Position numbers and translations under genes: made by a program. Source: Podarcis muralis (lineage: Eukaryota). Taken from it: DNA of 64,000 nucleotides. The stretch is taken from positions 38,378,001 to 38,442,000 of the forward strand of contig NC_135671.1 in the NCBI RefSeq assembly GCF_964188315.1, written 5' to 3'. The notes below the pieces were generated by a model, which was given only the letters and a program-made list of their open reading frames with translations, had not been told where the DNA came from and did not search any database. This document shows positions 13,368 through 25,133 of this stretch, piece by piece. The number at the start of each line of letters is the position of its first letter. Positions within the stretch are counted from its first letter, which is position 1.

Positions 13368-14699
13368 AAGTAATACCACTGGAGAATCACAGCACCTGCT
13401 GTGGCTGCAGAGACCAGTAACTTGTAACTGCTACTTCCTGCATTGTTTTTGCTGTGTTAGCAGCACCAAAGGAACCTCCCTGTGGCGCACGCTTGGGCAG
13501 AGTGTATGGGGGTCCTGGGCAGCCCAGACAACAAGACCCCCTCTCCCAGCCTCACTGATGTGGTCCAAAGGAAAGCAGAGCAATACATTTGGCACCAGCT
13601 TGGCTGCAAGAGTTTCCGGAAGGAGGCATACAAGAGACTACTGTGGAACAAAAGGAGTATGTGAGTAGCACACCACATGAGTGCAGTTCTCTCATGTTTT
13701 AAAAAACTATTGTCTGTCACTGGCCTAGAATTAAATATATTTCTGCTAAAATGCAAAAGTAGCTCCCATTATCTTTATCCTGATTTCTCAGCACTCAGCA
13801 AAACCCTCACGAAGCATCTCTCTGAAGGGTCAATTCATTCTGTTGCTTGTGGCAGCAGTCTCATGCCCAGAGTTTACCCTGTGTTAAGTGCTCATGCTGC
13901 TCTTTCTCACTGAATTCAGACGGAGTTCAGCCTAGGAGATGGCCAGGTTGCAAGCAATGCCTCCCTCTGCTCTTCTGACCCAGGTAGTAGCTGGTGATGA
14001 TGTGTATGAAACATTTCTGTCAAGGTTGTAGTGTTCTGCACACCAGCAGTGCAAGCTGCCGAGTATCAATTACTGATGGGAGTACAACAGTATGGAACTG
14101 GGCAGGTGCCAACTCATGGCTCCTTCGCACAACACTGCAGCTTGGCATGATGTGGCTTCTGGCAAGGGTGCTAAAGAGAAGTTTTAATCCGCTCCCCCCC
14201 CCCCCCCCCGTGTTAATGAGATTCAAGCAGGATGTTCAAATGGGATGAGGGGAGGTAAAGGGGATTTAAAAGAAGTTCACGAGCCCCACCCTTGACTCAC
14301 CACCATTTCCCCTCTTCTAAAAGCAACCAAAGAAGCCGTCACAAAAGACAAGGGGGACAGCTCCCCTCTGCCCCCCCCCCCATATATCAAACACTGGTTT
14401 TCAGCTACTGCAAGTCTTAGATACTTAGAACACATAATCTAAGACACAAAGCACAGGTTTTAATATAGTGGAAGATTTTCACATTCTTTATTAGAATAAC
14501 TCAGGTGAATATAAACTGTTAACCATCAGGGCTGTGTGATATTGAGGAAAACCTGAGAATATGTTAGTCTTGTTAGAATTCACCTTTAAGGAAGCTTCAT
14601 TTACTATAAACTAAACTAAGCTACTTTCTGCTCCTTGTGGTTTCAAAATTCTGTTCTGAGGTTCTAAACAACTTCAGCCTTTGAACATTGTTGTTGTAA

Positions 14700-14790
14700 T
14701 ACTACTACTACTACTACTACTACTACTAGTATACTGCCCTTCAACCACAGATCACAGGACAGTTCACAACATAAAAATACACAAGAATAC
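14700..14790 (-). mobile_element. L2-type LINE 3' tail with (TAG)n simple-repeat end
   Basis: The minus strand reads tgtgaactgtcctgtgatctgtggttgaagggcagtata followed by (tag)n (14700-14727), resembling squamate L2 3' ends. Confidence 0.5.
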
Positions 14791-15880
14791 ATCACAAAGC
14801 AAAACAAAGAATAACAACAAGCCAATAAACCCTTTCCTTAATTTACACCATCATAATAACTTATGTACATTTCCCTCCCTAAATGACCTACAGATATTGA
14901 AAGATAATATGTAGGATTTGCGGCTGAGTTGGATTTTGAAACCAGGTTTCACAAGGCCAAGGCCACAGCATTATTTGCTGTGGCACACAGTATTCAAGCT
15001 CTGATGTTCCAGAAAATGTAGGTCATGTTTTGTTTGTGGCTTTTATCTTGCTATCTGAATGTGTTCCTTGTGTTCCTGTTACCTTTAAATCTTGTTCACT
15101 GGGTTTTTTCTTCTGGTGTACCGCAGTGCCCACTGTGTGCTCTTCCAATTTACTCTATGTATCTGGTGAAAGTTAGGTTAGGCTTAGTAAATTTGTATTT
15201 ATATGTTAATAATTTGCACTTTGTGAAATCGGCTCTTGACTATGGATTTGAAAGTGCACGTCACAATAAACTGCTTGATTTTTCAGATGCCGCAGGACTT
15301 TTTCACTGTGACAGAGACTTGAACCTTGGAGGCTTGTTCCTCAACAGCCTTCTAACGAAAAGGATATCCTCCCAAATGTTGTTTCAGACCCCCAGTCACT
15401 GCAGTACAATTGCATACATTGAAAATGTGCAACCAGCCACGAGTTGAGCAGTCTGCATGAATGCAGGACATTTCCTTTTTTCCAGGCTTCATTGGAGAAC
15501 CCCACTGGAGGCTGGATGGGGTTGGGGCTGGTGAGGCAGTCATGGGCTCTCCCATCCATTTTTTCCCACCTGCTTTTATCATTTGTCTCAACTCCCAGCC
15601 CCCACCCTACCAACCTGCTTGGCGAAGAAGTGTGTGAATGGCAGCACCAGATGGAAGAGAGGCAGGAAAAGCCCCATTCTCAGATTTAAAGGGGGAAACT
15701 CTGGGTTGCAAACTGACAACTGTGATGAAACTGACCAGAGGCTTCCAATAGGGTAAGCACCATGTGTTTTCCTGTACAAACACCATTGTGCACAACTAGA
15801 TGCCCTCGTCTGCCCCAGCTGCAACAAAATATGCCTCTCTTGCATTGGTCTCAACAGCCACAGCAGGAGCTGTAACTTTC

Positions 15881-16347
15881 TTTTTTTGCCGTAATATTTT
15901 TTATTAATTTCCATCAAGAAAAATACATATCGCACCACATTACAACTTTAACAAATTTTCTCGTTTTTGGACTTCCTTCAGCCTCTCTGACAATCATCCG
16001 TATTAGACTTTTTAATTACACATTTCCTAAATTTTCTATTGCCTTTTAACATACCCTTCCACACCTGTTTTTCTTTCTTACAATATTTCTTAGGTTTTTA
16101 CAGAGCTTCTTTAAATGCCACTGTTATTTCATTATCACTTATACATTCCCAATACTCCACTAGCTTTCCCCAGTCCTCGATGAACTTTTGATCTCGTAGA
16201 TATCTGATCTTCCCTGTCAGTTTATCAAGTTCTGCATAGTCCATCAGCTTCATTCTCCACTCCTCCAATGTTGGTACTTGTTCCTGTTTCCATTTCTGAG
16301 CCAGTAATATTCTTGCCGCTGTTACTGCATATTGGAAAAGTTTACAA
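15881..16347 (-). mobile_element. 5'-truncated L1-clade LINE
   Basis: The minus strand encodes an ORF2-like C-terminus (YAVTAARILLAQKWKQEQVPTLEEWRMKLMDYAELDKLT...FKEAL*), then a 3'UTR, AATAAA and an A7 tail. 17-bp TSD caggagctgtaactttc at 15864-15880 and 16348-16364. Confidence 0.88.
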
Positions 16348-17183
16348 CAGGAGCTGTAACTTTCAACGGGTTGACTTTGCCCCCCAATGGCACACTCTTC
16401 CTAAGACAGACAGATGCCATCAAGAAAACCAAGATCAGCTGGCTCTGATGTATATTATGTTATAGAAAAAATAGGGGGGTTTGGCTTTTGCTGCCCAACT
16501 CCCCAAGGGACTGAGTCCCTTAAGTCCGTGGTCAGAGATGAATGGATGGAGGCAAGATCCATAGAAAGCAAAGCAGATCTTTATTTTTCTGTTGCAACAA
16601 AGTTCCCTCTCCTCCTTGCAAGGAGGTGGGAGACCCAAAACAATGGTGCGTAAGCCCCTACAAAGACTTTTGAAATTGCCCACCCTGTAACCCAAGACCA
16701 CCCCCAAAACATCATCCCTACATCACAGAAAGAGGCGGTCTCCAGCAGAAATTGGAGTGTGTTGCTTCTCTCCTGTCTGCCAGGATACCAGATAATGCCT
16801 TACTTGATTGCATTTTCTGTGTAGCCTGGCCATTCTTTTGAGATGGTAAATACTTTAGTTACTGAACCTCTTACACATATTGATAGTTTGCTCAGCTTAA
16901 CAGATACTTGCCAGACTGTTTTTGCAGGGAGGTGTAAGCCCCTACAGTCCAAAAACAATTGGAAAGCTTTGCCCATTTCCTTCCCCCTTGCAGAGAAATA
17001 CTTGAGGTCAATTTGGGAGAGTCAAACTGGCTTCAGGATTGCTCTCCTGTACTATTTCAGAGATGTGGTTTATATATGTTTGCCTTGTACATTTATGAAC
17101 ATTGATTCTGTATTTGAGACCTTAGAATTCTTATAACAATTGTCATCAATGTGCATGGTACTTTACAGTCTAATATTTATTTA

Positions 17184-17254
17184 GCTGTGATTCCTGCATT
17201 GCAGGGGTGGACTCGATGACACTTTGTGTCCCTTCCAAGTGCAGAGTTCTATGA
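17184..17254 (+). mobile_element. CR1-type 3' tail fragment
   Basis: gattcctgcattgcagggg...ccttccaa...ttctatga, matching the CR1 end at 29560-29635. Confidence 0.7.
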
Positions 17255-17394
17255 ATCACAGAAATGTCAAGAGTTGGAAAGAACCATGAGGGTCATCTAG
17301 TCCTGCCCCCTGCAGTGTAGGAATATTTTGTCCAATGTGGGGCTCAAACCCCAAACCCTGAGATTGAGAGTCTCACGCTCTACCAACTGGGCTA
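17255..17394 (-). mobile_element. tRNA-Lys-derived SINE with CR1-like tail
   Basis: The minus strand tagcccagttggtagagcgtgagactctcaatctcaggg...gagccccac resembles tRNA-Lys and is followed by a CR1-type tail. Confidence 0.75.
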
Positions 17395-17434
17395 TGATTT
17401 GTATTATAACATAAACAGGAAAGCAAGAGGACGT

Positions 17435-17589
17435 CTTCTTTTTCCTATTTTTTATATATGTTGTGGTGTTGGTTATATCTTTTTGGTATATGCTGTCTTT
17501 TTTGTTTTTGTTTTTCTTCTTTGTGTTTTGTTTGGTCTATAAGTGCTATAATTGTGGAAAATGTATTAATTTTTTTTGGGGGGGGGGGC
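17435..17589 (+). mobile_element. Short T-rich retro-insertion (possible L1 3'UTR fragment) with 14-bp TSD
   Basis: Direct repeat aagcaagaggacgt at 17421-17434 and 17590-17603 flanks a T-rich tract ending in T8 and a G run. Confidence 0.55.
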
Positions 17590-17779
17590 AAGCAAGAGGA
17601 CGTGAGTGGAGGCAGAGCAAACATGTTGTTTCAGTTGCACGCGCTTAGGCTTAGGTCTAGTGTGCGCTGCTGCTTAGCAATTTACTCAGAAGTAAATCCC
17701 ACTGTGCCCAATGGGAGGCTTCCTCCTTAGCGATGGGTAACTCCGGACTGCAGCCTCATCCATCCGTCAGGCCATTTGG

Positions 17780-18700
17780 TTCCAGATGAATTTTGAACCG
17801 GCCCCCTCTCGTGGGGAATCGTCGTAAAACACGCGCCACGGCTCTTCTCAGTTACAGGCAACTCGCACCTTACACTTGCACGACCACAGGTTTATGCGGG
17901 TAACGGGGAAATAAAGAGAGAGTTGGCGGGGGGACGGGGACCTGTCCGTGGAAAGAGCTCTGCCTTGCTCCCGGAGCCCTCGCCAGTCCTTCCCGGGACC
18001 TGGAAGGCTCCAAAAGCTCTTTCCGCGGTGTGTTTTCCTGCTGTTCGCGGAAAAAGCTGCCCGGGCCGGAGCTTCAGGCCTCCGCTTCCCTTGCTTCCCC
18101 GAGCCCCGGAGTGTTGCCCCGCGGAGCCCTGTCACTGCAGCGCTGCGCCTGGAAGGGGCCCCGGCGCGTGGGAAGCCTCGGCGGGAAAGAAGTCTCCGCC
18201 CAGGCCAGGAAGGGAAGGCCGGCCGAGGGGCGGAGAGCAGGAAGAGCCGCACCGGGGCGCGCGGAGGAAGACAGCGCCGCGCCCGAGAGGACGTTTCCTG
18301 GCTGGCGCGCGCCTCCGGCCCGGCTCCGCTTGGGGGCGACGGGGCCGAGGGAGCGTCCTTCCCCGCCCGGGGCTTCGGGAGCTGCGCGCCGCCTCGCCCG
18401 CCTTTGGTCCGCGCGGAGGCGGCTGCAGCGCGCGGCCGGGCCGGGCTCCTCCTCCTTCCGCCTCGCCAGCTGCGCGCCTCGGCTCCCGCCAGTAGCAGGT
18501 CCGCGGAGGCGAGCGAGTGCCCTGGGTGGGTCGGGGCCCCGGAGGGGGGCCCCCTGCGCCCTCCTTTCCTTTGTGCAGATGGAAACCGGGGAGGCTCCGG
18601 AGCGGGAGGAGCCCCGGGCGGGGGGTGGGCTCTGCAGGGCCGGCGCCATCCTTAGCGCACCGGGCAGCTGCCCAGGGCGCAGACCTCTCGAGGGGCGCAG
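17780..18700. promoter_or_regulatory. CCNQ: CpG island, probable CCNQ promoter and non-coding first exon
   Basis: Very GC- and CpG-rich ~0.9-kb block with GC boxes in otherwise CpG-poor DNA, ~3 kb upstream of the first CCNQ coding exon, which has its own splice acceptor. Confidence 0.85.
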
Positions 18701-18852
18701 TCTTATGCAGAATGACCTTCCTTGTATCTTACAAAGTTCTGATAACATTTTACGTTTGTATTTTATATTTTGAAGGATGTTATAATTTGTACAAGACATG
18801 GTTGTTTTTTTGACAAATCGAGGTGAGCAACCAAAAAAATTGGGTGGAAGTG

Positions 18853-19215
18853 GGGACGCGGGTGGCGCTGTGGGTAAAAGCCTCCGCGCCTAGGGCTTGC
18901 CGATCGAAAGGTCGGCGGTTCGAATCCCCGTGGCGGGGTGCGCTCCCGTTGCTCGGTCCCAGCGCCTGCCAACCTAGCAGTTCGAAAGCACCCCCGGGTG
19001 CAAGTAGATAAATAGGGTCCGCTTACTAGCGGGAAGGTAAACGGCGTTTCCGTGTGCGGCTCTGGCTCGCCAGATGCAGCTTGTCACGCTGGCCACGTGA
19101 CCCGGAAGTGTCTGCGGACAGCGCTGGCCCCCGGCCTCTTGAGTGAGATGGGCGCACAACCCTAGAGTCTGTCAAGACTGGCCCGTACGGGCAGGGGTAC
19201 CTTTACCTTTACCTT
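18853..19215 (+). mobile_element. Sauria SINE, second subfamily, full length
   Basis: Head gggacgcgggtggcgctgtgg, A box 18862-18873, B box ggttcgaatcc 18917-18927, tail tacctttacctttacc. The 3' body differs from the 11600-type copies and matches the copy at 50954. Confidence 0.93.
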
Positions 19216-19489
19216 ACTTCGCCTTGCCTAGGGTGCAAACTAGATTGGCACCAGCTGGGCTGAATTTTGCAGACTCTGGGTGCTGCTGCGTAGGCCCCAG
19301 CGCTCTGGAAGTCTGGTGCCCCGGCACTGTAATGCCAGAGGGACTTTCCTACCGTGGTTCAGGGGCTGGGCATGGTGTGCCTTTCTTGCGCTCATCCTTC
19401 CTTCCACTCCACTGCCTTCACTGACCAGAGAACCCATTTTTGGAGATACCTTAAGAAATGTTGCTGGATGCAACTCCCTTGATCTCTTA

Positions 19490-19845
19490 AAGGTAAAGGG
19501 ACCCCTGACCATTAGGTCCAGTCGCGGCCGACTCTGGGGTTGCGGCGGTCATCTCACTTTACTGGCTGAGGGAGCCGGCGTACAGCTTCCGGGTCATGTG
19601 GCCAGCATGACTAAACCACTTCTGGTGAACCAGAGCAGCGCACGGAAATGCCGTTTACCTTCCTGGCGGAGCGGTACCTATTTATCTACTTGCACTTTGA
19701 CATGCTTTCAAACTGCTAGATTGGCAGGAGCAGGGACCGAGCAACAGGAGCTCACCCTGTTGCGGGAATTCGAACCACCGACCTTCTGATTGGCAAGTCC
19801 TAGGATCTGGACTCGCTCTGGACACAGTGCCACCCGCGTCCCCCC
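19490..19845 (-). mobile_element. Sauria SINE
   Basis: Family match, with TSD tgatctctta at 19480-19489 and 19846-19855. Confidence 0.93.
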
Positions 19846-21028
19846 TGATCTCTTACTGTTGCTCAAACCGGCTGGGGCTTTTGGGAGTCCCAGCAGTACC
19901 ACAGGTTCCTCCATCCCTGTCTTTAAACAGTCCTGGCATTACTGAATTGTGGGTTTCCCATTGGGGCATCTGGTCAGTCAAGGTGAGAGCAGGATGCTGG
20001 GTTGGAAAGGCCATTGACATGATCCGGCAGAGCTCTTCTTCCGTTCTGATTCATGTTAGTTGATTCTGCGTGTGCATACTTCCTCTAGAGTAGAAAAGAT
20101 AGCTGGAGGAGGAGAGTGGCTGCCAATATATATATGCATATATGTGTGTGCTTATATATGTGTGCTTATATATGTGCATATATGCACATGCTCCCTCCCT
20201 TGCCTTCCAGAGCCATATTCTCTCGCAGGGGCTCCCCCACTTACACAGAGAGAAAGGCACATCACCCTCCCCCCCACACGAAGATGTATCATCAGGATGG
20301 GGAGGGAGGGCAGGTTTAACGCCCCCCCCCATCCCACGCACACTGCTATTTGCTTTTCTTAACTCATTTTTACTGGATGGGGAAGTGAAGGCTTAAGACT
20401 CCCCCACCCCAGCAATCCTGAGGAACATCACCCATGAATCCTGCCTCTGCCGAACTGTGGGTGAGGTTTTCCCTGCTCTTCTGACGTTTGAGGAGGAAGA
20501 GGAGGAGTGTGTGGCTGTGGCAGAGGTGCCATGGGGCAGATCCAGCCTGTAGCCTAGTGGTTCTTCCTCACTGGCCTGTACAGATACTTTCACAATGTCC
20601 TGCTGGGAACTCCTCTGATTTGTTTGCAGTGGGAGGAATATCAGTGTCACACTCTTCCAGTTTGGCTTGCATGGAAGATTCATCTTCCCTCCTCCTCCCA
20701 TGTGCTGTTCTGGGGGTTCTCCAACACCCACCCACTCCCACCCACACCGCTGATTCAGTGGAAGTAGGCCAGAGCTGCATCCCTTCTCTTAGTGTGTGCG
20801 TATAAAGTGTTGCCTTACCATATGTTAGGAACAAGCATATTCTTGTAATGCGGCATCAAAGGAGTAGCGTTTCCATTTAATCCTGTCCTCCTTGCGCTAC
20901 AACTTGCTCTGAGCATGGGCGCTAGTATTAGGTGCTGTCCTGCTCCTCTTGACAGGAGTTATAAATAGTTGCCCCCAGCTGTTTTATATAATGTTTTGCT
21001 TTTAGGCAGAGATGGACTTCCCTCCATA

Positions 21029-21377
21029 AAAAGGTAAAGGACCCCTGACAGTTAAGTCCAGTCACGAAAGACTCTGGGGTTGCGGCGCTCATCTCACTTT
21101 ATTGGCCAAGGGAGCTGACGTTTGTCCGCAGACAGTTTTTCTGGGTCATGTGGCCAGCATGTCTAAGCCACTTCTGGCAAAATCAAACGCTGTTTACCTT
21201 CCCGCCGGAGCGGTACCTATTTATCTACTTGCACTTTGACGTGCTTTTGAACTACTAGATTGGCAGGAGCTGGGACCGAGCAACGGGTGCTCACCCCGTC
21301 GCGGGGATTTGAACCGCCGACCTTCCAACTGGCAAGCCCAAGGCTCAGTGGTTTATATCACCGCGCCACCTGCGCCC
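21029..21377 (-). mobile_element. Sauria SINE
   Basis: Family match, with 12-bp TSD cttccctccata at 21017-21028 and 21378-21389. Confidence 0.93.
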
Positions 21378-21613
21378 CTTCCCTCCATATCTCCTTAATT
21401 CAGTGCAGCCTGAGCATGCAACTCTTGCTAGACTGCCATGGCCTTAGGGAGTGGGGCAGGTGGTAGCAGCTGTCAGTCAAAGGAATGGGACTCAAAGAGC
21501 ATCCTCCTCCTGGGAGCAAGGGGCTGTGCCTAGGACGTTTCCTAAGGGGTGTTTCCTAAGGCGGTTTTGGGTTCTTTTTGCTTCTGCAGACTCTTTAGAA
21601 CACACCAACATTC

Positions 21614-21701
21614 ATGGATTCTGCTGGGTTGTCAGAGGCCGGTCAGGTATCTGCCGATGCCAGGACACACTTCAAAGTCTGCAGGTTCATCATGGAGGCA
21701 G
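21614..21701 (+). CDS. CCNQ: Cyclin Q (cyclin M/FAM58A) coding exon 1
   Basis: MDSAGLSEAGQVSADARTHFKVCRFIMEA(G) matches the human HFRVARFIMEAG motif. Acceptor cttctgcAG ends at 21589, donor G|GTGAGA, phase 1. Not in the supplied ORF track. Confidence 0.9.
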
Positions 21702-22610
21702 GTGAGAGGGGTGCTGGGCTCTGCATTTTGGTGCAGCTGAGGAACGCTTGGTCAGTAGTGCCCCAATCCCTGTGAGAAAGGAGGGTTATGTTGGAAGGGG
21801 AAAGGTGATTTGAGGAGACACAGGACCAGGTGTGGCAATCTTTGTGGCTCGGAGGGTAGAGGGTCCTGCCTGGTTGGGTTGGAGGCAAGCCCAGAACTGC
21901 GAAACGGAGGAGTTGGTGGGCGTCATTGTAAGTCAATGAGAAACAGGAAAACAATTCAAGCAGTATGCTCTTTTACAATTAATGCTGTTTTCAGTTAACT
22001 GTAATAAATTGTTAAGCTCAATGACATTTTGTTTTTAAAAATAAATTGCATAGTGTCAGTACTTTTGCACTCACAGGAATACTGAAAGGTGGTGGAGGCA
22101 GGCTGGGGGTAAAAACATTGTCTGAATAATTTGTCATATCTCCAAAAGGAAAAGGCTGGTTGCTTCATTTTAGAACGGAAGCTAAAACGTCAAGGAAAAT
22201 CAAGAAATATTGTTTAGGAGGAAATCTGCCTTGATTGAGGGAAGGGGGAGCCCATAGGAATATTGAGGGTGGAAGCGACATTTAGGTGCCTACAGGCAGA
22301 AAATCTGAAAGCCCCTTCCTCCCAATGGTTAAAATGGGATGTAATCCACTGGAAAAAAAAATTCTAAGTCTGCATCACTGAAAGGAGTTGGATCTGCGCA
22401 TGGTTTTGCACAGCTCCCATTCATTTTAGAGAGGTTTGCGCAGGAGAACTTCCCAGTGGATTTTCCCTCACCACAACCTTGTTAGTTTGCCCTCTCCCTC
22501 TTCTGCACCCTGCTTTGTGGCCAAGCCACCTGTGAGTCAAGGGGCCCTGCAGTCTGCTTCCCCCCTCAGTCCCCAGTCCTTGCCTTGCTGATTCTCTTTT
22601 CCATTGACAG

Positions 22611-22794
22611 GTGTGAAGCTGGGCTTGCGCTCTGTCCCCATTGCCACAGCATGCACCATTTACCACCGGTTCTTTATGGAGGTGCCTCTGGAACCTTATG
22701 ATCCCTACTTGGTAGCTATGGCTGCCCTTTACCTGGCGGGGAAGGTAGAAGAGCAGCACCTGCGGACAAGGGACATCATCAATGTCAGCCACAG
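22611..22794 (+). CDS. CCNQ: Cyclin Q coding exon 2
   Basis: [22 protein letters not shown]...[20 protein letters not shown](R), the cyclin box. 184 nt, ttccattgacAG / GTAATA, phases consistent. Confidence 0.97.
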
Positions 22795-23748
22795 GTAATA
22801 GGGACCGAGTGTGAGAGCTGGACTTAGCTGTATTAGGAGTATATATCTACATGGATGCAGAATAAGGCAAGCAGTTCAAATTTTTCTATTCCCTCCCCAA
22901 CAGCCATTCCTTAGCCACTGAGTACGCTTTGTTCTCACTGGCCCTTTCTAATTTACTTTTTTTGTACTTCTGCAGACCTTGGGGTTTCCCCAAGCCTGCT
23001 GATTCCGCCTTCTTGGTGTTGTACCTACATAAGGAGGCATACTTGGAGAACTGAGTTTGCCCTTCGGATGTACGGAATGAGGGATTATACAGTTGTGCCC
23101 CTCCTCACTCATCTTGCCATTGTACCCTCAGCTTTCCACAGTGGGTGGGTGTGCTTGCAAGAGCAAGGAATAACAAAACCACCCCTCTTTTAATTTGGTT
23201 AAAGACATACACATCCCCACTTGCTTTTCTGAACTGCTTAAATCCAGTTATCCTCTTGACTGGCTTATGTCAAAGTTTATTCACCAGTGGCAGTGCAGAC
23301 ATTTGCCCTGTATAGTAAAATTTGTAGGCCAACCCTAATGTGAACAGCCCATGTGGCATAAACAGAAAAGGACCCCTTGCTGCAACCATCAGCCAGACTA
23401 AAGAGAAAACTGACTTAAAAAGTGAAATAAATGCTTTATCAATTAGGCTTTCTCCTTGTTGATTAAAAGTGCCCCCCACCAATTAATCAACTAACAGCTG
23501 TAGTTGATAAATCTACTAATTAAGGGGAACAAAGGCTGTAGCCCCATTCAGAATTCTAGGCAAGGGATTTGGCTTTCCACAAGATTTCCATAGAAGATTG
23601 TTCAGGCTTGGAAGCAAGGCCTCCCTCTGTAAGACATTTGCACGCAGCTTTTTTTGGGTGTTCAGAGAAAGAGAAAAATCAGTTTAATTTGTCACCTGCA
23701 AGAAGGAACCCCATAAACCCCCAGACTTTTTCCTCTTCTCCCCCACAG

Positions 23749-23881
23749 GTACTTGCACCCACGAAGTGACCCCCTGGAACTGGACATGCATTTCTGGGAG
23801 CTGAGAGACAGCATTGTCCAGTGTGAGCTGCTCATGCTGCGGGTGCTGTGTTTCCGTGTCTCCTTCCAGCACCCCCATAAG
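23749..23881 (+). CDS. CCNQ: Cyclin Q coding exon 3
   Basis: [44 protein letters not shown]. 133 nt, ccccacAG / GTGCGG. Confidence 0.97.
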
Positions 23882-24284
23882 GTGCGGGCTGCTCAGTGTG
23901 GGGGCTCAGGGCGCAAACGGGGTGCCTGACTTGCTTGGGAGGCAAAGGGCTACACCTTCACCACTCTCCTCCCAGCTGGAGGAACTGTTCCTTGCACCCA
24001 TAGCCTCTGGGTTCTGCTTCCACCTTCCAGATGGGAACAGACTGCAGAGGGTTAGACTAGGAGGAACAGCTCAGAAGTCACAGTTCTGGCCAGAGAAGGG
24101 AAGTGAAGGCAGACCTAGTAGCGGGGAGGAAAGATGGTACCCAGCAACACTCGTTCCCCAAGTGGTGGGGGAATGAACCCAGGCAGGCTGGGAGCCAGCA
24201 CTCCTGACTTTGCAGCCCTTCTCCGTGGTTGAGAGCAGGTGCAGTAGGATTGGACCCTGGGGCAGCAGGATGTAGGAATGCAAA

Positions 24285-24420
24285 AGCCAGTGTGGTGCCA
24301 TGAATAAAGTACTGGGCTTGCGGGAGAGACCTGAGTTCAAATCCCTCACAAGTCATGAAGGTCACTGGGCAAATAGCTTGCCAGTTTCATCTGTTTTCCA
24401 GGGTTATTGTGAGAATAAAA
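24285..24420 (+). mobile_element. Old tRNA-derived MIR-like squamate SINE fragment
   Basis: agccagtgtgg...gagttcaaatccc...catgaag.tcactggg...cagggttattgtgagaataaaa pattern. Confidence 0.5.
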
Positions 24421-24905
24421 GCAACACCTATTTTGCTTTGAAGAGTTGTGTAGAGATTTTTCCACTACCAAGTGGCCAGGTGGTCTTCAGTGGGGCTGGG
24501 GAAGCTGTGGCTTCCACCGTTCTCAATCATTAATTGGGCTCAGGTTGTGCCTGATGGGAGTCCAGCAACACTGAGGGCCACAGCGGTTCCCTTTCCCTGG
24601 TGTTCAGGAGTCATCCAGTTTTTTTCCTAAACCAAGGTGACCTCCATGCTGGAGAGCCACACACATGTGAGGACAAAGTGGGGAAAAGTTGTGAGATTGT
24701 GTTGTTAGCCCCAAGGGACTGAATCATGGGACCAGAAGCCAGTGGGGCTGAAGCAAGGGACATGGCCTTTGAAGAGCATCTACCATGGATTTGCCACAAG
24801 CCCTGAACCCTTTTTGAAAGGAAGAGCTTTTGTGAGAGATGCTGCTCACAAGCGGAGCCCCTGGGCTTTCAGCCATCGCTGACACTTGCTGTTCTCTTTC
24901 TGCAG

Positions 24906-25133
24906 TACCTTCTCCACTACTTGTTGTCCCTGAAGCACTGGATGAACCGGCACAGCTGGGATCGGACCCCAGTGGCCGTGGCAGCCTGGGCCTTGCTGCG
25001 GGACAGCTACCACGGGCCTCTGTGCCTGCAACACCCCCCTCAGCATATTGCTGCATCCGTCCTTTACCTGGCCCTGCAGTGTTACGGGGTGGAGGTGCCT
25101 GCTGATGCTGAAGCAGAGAGGCCTTGGTGGCAG
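24906..25133 (+). CDS. CCNQ: Cyclin Q coding exon 4
   Basis: [37 protein letters not shown]...EAERPWWQ. 228 nt, tttctgcAG / GTAAGG. Confidence 0.97.

Noticed and set aside
17330-17394. tRNA-Lys gene
   Set aside because: Degenerate stems and B box, and it is fused to a CR1-type tail, so it is a SINE head. The same applies to 34376-34450 and the Sauria heads.
17848-18799. Several 130-247 aa ORFs on both strands
   Set aside because: They lie in the CpG island, where stop codons are depleted. Composition is Arg/Pro/Gly/Ala-rich with no homology, and the true CCNQ start exon is at 21614.
20127-20190. 18-bp perfect palindrome (20172-20189) in a TA/TG tract
   Set aside because: Low-complexity alternating purine-pyrimidine repeat in which palindromes are expected.
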